From the NCBI GenBank assembly GCA_964247055.1, contig OZ176057.1:1364001-1428000 (forward strand): a stretch of DNA of 64,000 bases. The letters run 5' to 3'. Made by a program: the position numbers and the translations under genes. The stretch comes from Paragordius varius. Taxonomy: Eukaryota > Animalia > Nematomorpha. The stretch's first letter is position 1, and each line of letters starts with the position of its first letter. This document shows positions 54,186 through 64,000 of the stretch, one piece after another. Below the pieces are notes generated by a model. The model had not been told where the DNA came from. It was given only the letters and a program-made list of their open reading frames with translations, and made no database searches.

Positions 54186-55625
54186 TTAAATAACTCAAAA
54201 TGAGTTATAATTATTATGAAATAAAGAAAAAAAATATGCGTATATTTTTATATATTTGTCTTTTAGTGTTTTTTGTCTGATTAATTTTTATATATATTTA
54301 TTTTTTACAACTAGTTATCCTAAAATTCTCAAAAATATAATATAATTTATAAAGTTAAAATCGGTTTCGTTGTCCACAAAAAATATCCTTATTAAATTCC
54401 TGTATTCTGATAGAAAAATGTATCAGGATAATCGGTGCTTTTGATTATGGCCCTCACGAGTAATATGAGAAAAATATCCCTTTTATACAACTCTGCTCCA
54501 CAATAGAAATGGCAAAATTTGAACACATTTTGTTAACAATTTGTTTGAAAGCTAATTGCTTAATTTACAAATATATCACTAAATATATCATAAACTACAT
54601 ATGAAAAGCAACAATGTTTATAAATAATTTTTTCGATGCGCGAAAGTTTTAAAATCTTTAACTTCTTTTCAAATATTACTATTAAAATAAATCAAAAATG
54701 CAGAGGTTGCGTCAAAAAATTTATACATATGCTATTTTTTGATGTCACCTAAAAATAATTTACATACTTTTTTTTAAAATTATTTTTTAGCAAAATTTCA
54801 AGCCTACTTCATACTATTTTAAGCATGATAGAAACGGTATAAACACGTTTTAGGATATTACAAAATTACAGATTTTGATTATAATATCCTTTCATCTTTA
54901 TTTGTGTTTTTTAAAAAAGATTACCAAAATTCGAAGCAAAACCTTTAAATTAAAATTCCAAAGCGATATAAATGTTCGGCATCATCAAATTTAAAAAATG
55001 TTTTTTAGCACTAAAGCGTTTTATACTGTTTCCCTCATTGAAAAAGTATAAAGTAAGTTTCAACTGCTAAAATTAAATTTTTTAAAATATCATTTTTATA
55101 AAAATATTTTTATTTGATATCCAAATTTAGCTTATTATAAAATATATCGGGAATCGGCATCTAGCGTTTATTTTAAATAAATCAGCCCATTTTAGAAGAG
55201 TAATAAATTTGGGACATTCGGATTATGCTTTTTATAGTTGGTTTATATATCTTATAGTGATATTTTTTGAAATGAAGCATTTAGCTCACCATATGGAGCA
55301 GTTCTGCAAAATTGTTAATAACTTTCTTATATCACTAGTAAAGGCCAAAACTAAAAGTTCCATGATAATCCTGATACATTTTTCTATCATAACATATCCA
55401 TATTTTTTCAGAAATTTTTACCAGATTTGGCACGCAGCGTATATAAATTTTTCATAATTAGAAAGTATTTTGATATGGTATTGTCCATATTAAAATTTGG
55501 GTTTTATTAAAGTTTTTAATTTAATGAAATAAAGCTAAAAAGAATTTGAGTTTTCATTATGACAAGATAGATTATATAATTTTTAAATTGCTTTAAATTA
55601 TATATTATATTTTATAAATTAAAAC

Positions 55626-55667
55626 TTGATGTAGGCTCTTCTGTGGTTGTTGCCGATTGAGTAGTGG
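55626..55667 (-). CDS. Micro-exon, 42 nt, (T)TTQSATTTEEPTS
   Basis: ctattag|CC...TCA A|gtttta; phase 1-1. Confidence 0.87.
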
Positions 55668-57116
55668 CTAATAGTAATAAAAAAACAATAAATTATATAT
55701 TATATTTATTAAATTTCAAAAACCATTGAATTTTTACTATGTTTAATTTTATTAATAAATTGATACATATTTAATATCTTACAGACTTAATTAAAACCAG
55801 GTTTTATAAAGTAGTGAATTAGTATAGGAAAACAATTTTATAGGGTTAAATTGTATAAAACACCCTGTAGAAAATTTGTTTTTCGATTTTGTGAATGTTT
55901 TATTTAATTAGTTTGAAGACCCTACTTTTTAAACCTCGGATTCCATATATGTTTAAATACTTAATTAGTTTTAACAATATGGCATACTTAGTTCACCGAT
56001 TCAAATTAGGGTCATTGAGGACCCCAGGTTCTAAAATTATGGAACTAAAACAAACCTTTACAAAAATGTGCATATAATATCAGTGATGCACCGAAATGAT
56101 TTATTTAAAAAACTTGATATTACTTTTTTTATAAATAAATAAATATCTAGCCAACATGATAATGTATTAGCTAAATATGGAAATAACATAAAATAACCAT
56201 TTTTTTCTGTTTACAATAATATCTAATTTAACACCATTAGCTTTTGGGATAGTTTAATATTCTAGAGCCAATTATAAATTTGAATATTTTAAAAGATCAA
56301 GCCGAATTTAAATATATTTCTCTAGCCTTTTAGACACATTATATAAAAATCTTTTTTAGCAAATGTAAAATAAATCCTTATTTCGAACCCCGCCATTTTT
56401 TTCCTATAAATTTTTTTAATCGCTGACGCAACAGGAAAATAAATGTATGTTATGGTTGTTAATGCAAGTAATTAACTTTGATAAGCTCCAGGCTACTTTT
56501 TACCAGCAGTGATAGATTTTGATTTCAATATCAGTTGTTCATTTAAATCGTGTTTTGGAGCTGTTTCAATTATAGGCTTTATAAGTTAATTAAATGAAAA
56601 AATATATATACTTTTTATCCAATACATGAAAATTTGATAATTTAACTAAATTCAGTTAAAAAATGTAGTTTATTTACAAAATTGAGCTCTGTGATATAAA
56701 ACTACCCCAAAATGTAAGTAGGACAAAAGAGAGGAAATCAAAATTAACTTTAATTTTAACTTTAAATAAACACGGTAAAAAAATTTAAAATACAAATGGC
56801 ATCGAAGCATTTGGATATGAAGAGGCTTATTTATATAATTTTTGTTCTAATTGGACTTCAATAGTTTTCCAAATATGGTTTGGGGTTTTAAGATACTTAA
56901 TTTAAATCGAAGTGTTAACAAGGTTCATTTATCTTTTCATTTGCAACTCAAAATGATGAGTTATACATAAAATAAAATCAAGGGTAAATTATATCCGTGT
57001 ATTTTAATGTATTTGTCTTTTAGTTTTGTTATAATATAGAATTTCTATTATTTATTTTTAACGACAAACATATTGACAATTACTAATTTAATATACTTAT
57101 ATTATAATTTAAATAC

Positions 57117-57152
57117 TTGTAATCGGTTTCGTAGTTGCGGCTTGGGTTGTGT
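57117..57152 (-). CDS. Micro-exon, 36 nt, (N)TTQAATTKPIT
   Basis: aaattag|AC...ACA A|gtattt; phase 1-1. Confidence 0.87.
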
Positions 57153-57240
57153 CTAATTTAAAAATTTAGGTAAATAAAAATTATAAAATTTTATATATTA
57201 AAATATAATTAATTAGTAAATTTTTTTTATAAATAGTAAC

Positions 57241-57279
57241 TTGTTATGTCCTCTGTGGTTGTTGTCGACTGAGTAGTGA
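57241..57279 (-). CDS. Micro-exon, 39 nt, (I)TTQSTTTTEDIT
   Basis: tatattag|TC...ACA A|gttact; phase 1-1. Confidence 0.87.
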
Positions 57280-57395
57280 CTAATATATATAAAAAACCAT
57301 AGATATTCTAATACATATATTGAAAAAATAAAAATTAATTTGTTTAAATATCACACAGATATTTATATTTCTTCCGTATAATATATATTATAAAC

Positions 57396-57431
57396 TTGTC
57401 ATTGGCAAAATGGTTGTTGAATGAGACGGAG
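57396..57431 (-). CDS. Micro-exon, 36 nt, (T)PSHSTTILPMT
   Basis: cctttag|CT...ACA A|gtttat; phase 1-1. Confidence 0.85.
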
Positions 57432-58895
57432 CTAAAGGAAACATTTTTTTCAAGTTTAAATTGGAATTTCAAAATATAATATCAACGTTTCATCCTAATA
57501 AAAGCGATGAGGTTATTTTCAAGCATAATTTTAACTGAGTAAAATAAAAAAGTTTTATCCAATATATGGTCAAATGGTATTAAAAACAAAAAAACCTTAA
57601 AAAGTTTTTTTTCATAGTTCACACAAAAAATATCCTAATGATATTTTGATTGATAAAAGTATCAACATTCTCATTGGTGCTTGGGTGGGCCTTACGATTG
57701 ATATGACAAAAATATTTAAAATGTTCCATAAAATCGGAAAAATTCTCACATTATGCAAAATATTTTTTAGGTAAATCAAAACGCTTGATTCTCCAAACTA
57801 ACTTAAATAATATATAATTTCAGTTTGGGTGTAGAATCCGAAAGTATTGAATTTTTGGCCTCGTTATAATGTAACTTTTAATCATAAAAAGACTATTGTA
57901 CAATAACATTTAAATGAAGTAATACTCAAACCGCGGCCCAGGGGTCGTATGCAACCCTAAAAGTTCTTTTTTTGGCCCTGAAGTATTTATTTTGTGATTT
58001 AATGGTACAGCATTAAAATTCTATCGGTAATATAGCCCAGACAAGAAAAATATTTTTAAGCCATTTTAAAACTTTTGAGTAACACTCGTTAAATGCTAAA
58101 TTTTGACATTATCAAAAATTTAGAAAATCCAGCATTTGCTTCAAAATATAATTTTTAGCACTATTGATGAAATTTATTTTAGCTATTTTAATCATGATGG
58201 AAACAATATAAAGAGCTTTAATATAAAAAACATTTTTTAATATGAGATTTTGAACATTTTTAATATATTAAACTAACGAATTTTAAATATCAAAATTATG
58301 ATAGCAATGTTGAGTATTCACGAATTAATCAAGAAAAGTATTTATTACATCTTTTATATGCTGTTTTATCATTCATAAAAGCATAAATTCTTTAAAAAGT
58401 ATACATTTTTTTTCAAATATAATTTGTCTTGATATCACTATCTATAATTTATAAAAGTTTTTGTCTCCATTCGACTTATTCCCTTTATTAATTCCTCATT
58501 TTACATGAGCGAAAAAATTTGACATTTGCGGAACACACTCTCAAAAATTTTAAAAAATATTGTTGTGCTTAAATATATTTAATGCTATTTTAAAAACAAC
58601 TGATTTAGCTTTTATCAAAAAATATTTTATTTGGCAAAATGCGCACGAATTTCGCTTTTTTTCCTATGGTGCAATTACCGAAAAAATGGTAACTCGTGAG
58701 GCCCAAAATTAAGAGGACCACGAGGCTGATAATTCTGTCTATTAAAAAATATATATATATCATCAGGATATTATTTGATCCCCGATTTTGTACACAATGT
58801 TTATTTAATATCAATTTACAGTAATGATATAGAGACGAAACGCAATAACACAACAACAAATATATATCAAGAAAGATAAGCACCATACTTTAAAC

Positions 58896-59190
58896 CAGGG
58901 GTTTACAACACGGGGTCCTTTGGCACTTTGTGTGCGGCTCGCGAAAATCGGAAATCCTAAATTTGCGAAATATGTTCACAAAAATCTTAGTAAAATGGAT
59001 ATTTTTAAATAAATATTTCTTAATAGGCCTCTTCAATTGGCAAACAAATTGTTATATTTGTGGTAAATACTGGCAGTCTAATGTTTGAATTCCAATAAAT
59101 TATTTCTGAATGGCTATATGTATTTTAAATGTGGCCTGCCGATTTTTTTAGCTAAATATGCGGCTCCCTAAGTCATTTGGGGCTTCCCTG
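58896..59190. mobile_element. hAT-type MITE
   Basis: cagggg...ccctg ends with near-perfect 8-bp TSD ctttaaac/cttttaac. Confidence 0.6.
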
Positions 59191-59395
59191 CTTTTAACCT
59201 TGATATTGTCTATATATATTATCTGCATTTTTTTAAACTTGAGTGCGTTGTTGCCAATTTACTCTATTACTTTGACAACCCTTAAGGTTAAATATATATT
59301 TTACTTTTACGTTTTGTCTATGTATACCATTTTTTAATTATATAATTAATTTTTTAATTTTTTATTTTTTTCGAATAAATAAAATAAATTAAAAC

Positions 59396-59425
59396 TTGTG
59401 GGCTGTGTAGTGGTCAGCGTGGTAG
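59396..59425 (-). CDS. Micro-exon, 30 nt, (T)TTLTTTQPT
   Basis: aaattag|CT...ACA A|gtttta; phase 1-1. Confidence 0.85.
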
Positions 59426-60729
59426 CTAATTTAGAATAACATCAAATATATAATAATTATATTATTATAAAGACCACATTACATATAGGAGTAGTTTTAC
59501 ATCCCTGAGAGCTTCAAAATTCGAATAACTTAACAAAAACACCATTTATGTCTTTAAGAAACCTGCTGCCATATATGTTTATAAAAATGTAAAATTGCAT
59601 TTCTCCACCATTTATTATATGTTTAAATCTAAGGGGGGGGGGGGGGAGGGGCGAAAAATTTGTAGAATTTAATTAAAAAACAAAACTAGAAACAAATTTA
59701 ATTTCAAGGCCTATCAGATGTCATCGATATAAAAATTATTAAAAAATACAGATATATGGATCTCATTGATTGGGATATATATAATATTATAATATATTTT
59801 ACATTTTTATCGTGTATTTTTTGAGAAGCGCAAGAATTTTTATTTTCAATTTTGTGGGGGCTAAAACAAAAAAGGTTGGGAACCACTGTTAAAAGCTTTT
59901 AAACGATTTAGTAGTTGGGAATGCATTTTCATTTTAGCAAAATTTAGTATATAAAATTATTTTTAAACGCAAACAATACATGAAAAATATTTCTTTAATT
60001 TAAAACTACATATATAATAATGTCCTGAATTTTGAGTCAAAATATGGTTTAGATTTTATTTAGTTAAAAACAACACGGAAAAAATTAAAAATTTGAATTG
60101 ACCCGTGTAGATTTATAAATGATTATTTAATCAAATATAATAAATTTATATGATAATTTAAATTGTGTTAAAAACGAATTTAATTCGAATATAATAACCG
60201 GATGATTTACAATTTTTCAGCTAATTAATAATTTTAAGTGTCAAAGCAAATCAATATATATATATATATATTATAGATGTAAATTTAAATAGTACAATTT
60301 AGGTAAACATAAAAAAAATTAAAATTTAATAAAAATTATATAGGGCAGTTTATATCGAAATTTGAGAGTTTTTGTAATTTATGTTTTGTAATAATTTTTT
60401 TATAGCTCCGAAGATTAAACTAAATTTTAAAGCCTTTCAGTCAATTTAGTGAATATACTCCACCTAAATTCAGCTGTAATAAAGAGTTGACATTTAAAAA
60501 AACATTTCAGATTAATACTTTCCCGTTTTTTTATAAGTCAGGCAGTTTTATTTTTAAAATAACTTTTCCAAAATGCATAACGAATTCGGCCCAATATATT
60601 AATGAGATCGCTTTTAAAAATACACGAATGTAACGTATGAGGTATTTTTATTAATTTTATAAAAGCGAATCGTATATCAATATTAAATTGTTAGATTGCT
60701 TTAAATATTTATAAATTATATTTTTTTAC

Positions 60730-60768
60730 TTGTTGTAGGCAGCTCTGTACTTGTTGATTGGGCGGTTG
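60730..60768 (-). CDS. Micro-exon, 39 nt, (T)TAQSTSTELPTT
   Basis: aaattag|CA...ACA A|gtaaaa; phase 1-1. Confidence 0.87.
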
Positions 60769-61094
60769 CTAATTTTTATTAAATATACAGCATATTAAAA
60801 AAACCTTTTAACCAAAATTTTTTATTTAAAATTTATAATCAAAAAGTTATAAATTTGTAATATAATTTTTTATTAGCAAAATAGATGTTGAGTTTTCGCA
60901 TTTTTGGATAAAAAGACAGTTTTAATTTTCATATTATCAAATTTTATAGAGAATATAATTTTATAGTATGGTTGGTTTTTTTTCCGATTTTATACTCTCT
61001 ATTAAATGTTTTTAGTTTATATTTTAAAAGTTTATATTATTGATGAATAGTTGTATCTTAAAATAAAAATTTTGGGATTTCTAAAAATTAAAAC

Positions 61095-61136
61095 TTATGG
61101 TAGGTGCTACTGTAGTTGTTGTAGGGGTGGTGGTAC
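61095..61136 (-). CDS. Micro-exon, 42 nt, (S)TTTPTTTTVAPTI
   Basis: tgattag|GT...ATA A|gtttta; phase 1-1. Confidence 0.87.
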
Positions 61137-61275
61137 CTAATCAAAATATATATAATTTTGGAATTTACATTTAATATGAAAATAAAAATACTCGCTAAAC
61201 ATCTGGAAACCACCAATTTCCAAATAGAAATTTAATAATTTAAGTATTGTTCATTAATTTCTTCAAATTAAAAAC

Positions 61276-61311
61276 TTGTAATCGGTTGCGTAGTTGTCGA
61301 GAGCGTTGGAG
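61276..61311 (-). CDS. Micro-exon, 36 nt, (T)PTLSTTTQPIT
   Basis: aaaatag|CT...ACA A|gttttt; phase 1-1. Confidence 0.85.
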
Positions 61312-62223
61312 CTATTTTTAAAAAAAGGAATAAAATAAATATTTTTTAAACTTTATTTATATAGATTTGTCATGGTGTATCAATATTGTATTTAAGTTAG
61401 AATGGATAATGGGATTTTATAATTAGAAAATTAGGTGTCCACCATATGAGAGAAATGAATGCAAAAATAACACATAAAAACAGCCGGTTTATTTGTCTAT
61501 TTTCAACAAAAATGCAAACGCTCAAAATATTTATTTCATATTGGTTTATTTTACAAAACTGGAGATGGCATCAATTATTATTTTTTATAAAACAGTTTTA
61601 TGGTAACTGTAAAAATCACCTCTAAAGATTCTGACAAGGTTTTTAATATTACTTTATAGAAAACAATATTATATAATTTGACATTTGTAATCAAATTTAA
61701 TTCAAAAGTTATTTATAGTTTTTTAAGGTATAAAGACATGGCTAACCTTATAGATATTTACCACAGTTTAAATAAACGTAATTAATAACCATTAATCAAA
61801 AATAACCATACTTTTAATTTTTATATTTTATGAATGTGGTCGTTTATATTTGCACCGAAGTACCATGTTTTAAATTGACATTTTTAGCAATTTAAACTAT
61901 ATTGGCAAATGTTATCCACAAGGGCTTTATTAACAACTTATAAAATTCGATTTTAAAACATTTTATGATTACTTAATTTTTAATGCATTTAATAATGTTT
62001 TGAAAAATAAGTTTTTATCATTTCTTTGTGTCACTGAGAAAATATATAACTTTTAAATCAATTTTGAGGTCACAAAAATTCATAAATTAATTTTAATATT
62101 TAAATAAAATCACCTTTAATAATACACCAAAACACATCTCATAATCAATTTTAATAAACTTTAATTAATTATTAAAATGTCTCTAATAAATAATAATCAT
62201 TTTTATGCATATTATGTTTAAAC

Positions 62224-62262
62224 TTGTTGTAAGCTCGTCTGTGGTAGTTGATTGCGTGATAA
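62224..62262 (-). CDS. Micro-exon, 39 nt, (I)ITQSTTTDELTT
   Basis: tatattag|TT...ACA A|gtttaa; phase 1-1. Confidence 0.87.
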
Positions 62263-63328
62263 CTAATATATAAAAATTTTTAATTTGTTGAAACTCTACC
62301 CATTATAATTTAAAAAATTTTGTATTCCTTAAATAAAATTTTAAAATTGTTTTTGCGAGGACAATAACCAATAATAGAATTTATGGGGCCGTTTTGCTAC
62401 ATTTTTCAAAATATCCATTAATTTCAACACCTCGATTCAAATTTGGGTATCTAAAGTCTCCCCAGATCATGAAATCGATATTAATTAAAAACCACCCAAT
62501 AGAATGGTCCTAAATTAAATTTATGTGTGTATCTTAAAGTACAATTTAATTTATATTTAAATAAAATTCAGTGTTTTTTTACAAAACTTATCAACCTACT
62601 TCGACGCCATTCATAACAATTTTGCAAAATATCGTGTTTATTTGACTCTAACGCTAATAAGGTTTATTTTTTATTCAAATCACATCTAAGATTGATATAA
62701 ACAAAAAAGGTGGTTTATAATGCATTATTTATATTTAGCTAATACACACATGTACTGACTATATTTTAAACTTGAATTGCATCCATAAAATAAGTAATAT
62801 CAACTCAAAATAATAATAATGGCAAAAATATTTGAAAAAATTGATGACTTTCTTAATTACGATGGATGATGTTTTATTCTACAAAATGGATAGGGAAACC
62901 TATTTCTTAGGAATTTGTGATACTTTTCCGAAAAAATAACTCGAATATTTAGGAATTATTATCGTAACTTCTATACATAAGAAAAAAGGTTTCCCTTAAG
63001 TTTTAGAAAAGTCTATTATTTTATGAAATCGATCAAAAAAGATGGAATCAGGAAATATATTATTTAAAAAATATGTGTTTGGTGGCGGAACCCAATTATT
63101 TTAATTTTAAACCTTATTAATTTGGTAAAAGAGTTATTTTCAATACTCTTTCAATATACTTAAAATTTAATAAAATTTGATTAAGGCGTGTATGGAATAA
63201 AAAAAGTTGTCTAAAATTAAATGATCAAAACTATCGTTAAAGTAAAGTTTGGGAAAATATTGTCAAATTTTAACCATTTGTTGATTTTTACGCTACTGTA
63301 TTATGAGAATTATTAATTTTTCATTAAC

Positions 63329-63367
63329 TTGTAGTTGATTCCTCGGAAGTTATCAATTGCTTGGTAG
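63329..63367 (-). CDS. Micro-exon, 39 nt, TKQLITSEESTT (most 5' one in the window)
   Basis: tatatag|CT...ACA A|gttaat; phase 1-1; the gene continues beyond base 64000. Confidence 0.82.
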
Positions 63368-64000
63368 CTATATAAAAAATTATAAAGATATCAAAAATTA
63401 TTGAATAAAAGTATTAATTTAATTTTGTTATTCTAATAATATTTAAGTTCGAAATAATAGGTGTTTTTTGTTTTACATACAAAGAGCGCCAAATTAGGGT
63501 CAAAATAGTCCCTATTTTCCTTATTTTAGTAAATATTCAAAAAAAATCAGGTGATACATTGCATCTAAGGGTAATAAACTAAAAACTTTTTTTAAGCGTT
63601 CGTCCATTATTTTCATTAAAATACTTATCGTTTAAATATTTTGTAATTAAGCTCGTGTTTTTAGAGCTTAGACATTTATTATAAGTAAAGCGTCTAATTT
63701 TTGAATGAAAATTATCAAAAAGATCGTATAGCATTATGGTTATTTGGGGATTCAACATATATAAATTTTTCTCAACATGACCTCTTAACGTTTGATAGTA
63801 AAACATGTGTGCTTAACCCGTTTGGCATCTGATATGGATTAATATAATTATTATATATAAACGTACGTTTTAAATAATATAGCACTACGACTTACTTTTC
63901 TAAATAGAAAAAAAAGGTTCATGACAGACCTAGATTTCGTATTGTTATCCGTTAAAAATAATTTCTCCTATTTCAAGAACACATATTTTTAACCAAATGT

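Noticed and set aside
59239-59263. Possible further micro-exon (..ATTHS A|gttt)
   Set aside because: The available acceptors give 23 or 25 nt, not phase 1-1; at best a decayed relic.
59632-59652. G-run as a G-quadruplex or regulatory site
   Set aside because: A single homopolymer inside a repeat-like region with no supporting context.

Overview
Very AT-rich eukaryotic (metazoan) genomic DNA, all host genes on the minus strand; the species cannot be named from sequence alone. (1) 1-4709: 5' part of a netrin gene with a ~620-aa low-complexity N-terminal extension and large loop insertions in domain VI. (2) 11936-21482: complete 11-exon U2AF65 (U2AF2) gene whose intron 3 holds a tandem array of seven extra copies of the exon-4 acceptor. 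(3) 44479 to beyond 64000: 3' part of a gene missed by the ORF track, built from 15 intact symmetric phase-1 micro-exons (18-42 nt, all multiples of 3, all ending in A) plus one dead and one relic copy; it encodes a 47% Thr mucin-like stalk and ends in a hydrophobic, GPI-signal-like tail. The rest is nested DNA transposons: a PIF/Harbinger element with exact TIRs and a 3-bp TSD inside a foldback element, three IS630/Tc1-like elements (one with four 21-26-nt GT-AG introns), a decayed mariner, a 6.3-kb TA-flanked palindrome, a non-autonomous Helitron, and piggyBac-, hAT- and Tc1-type MITEs. Exon structures were read by eye and are predictions without transcript support.
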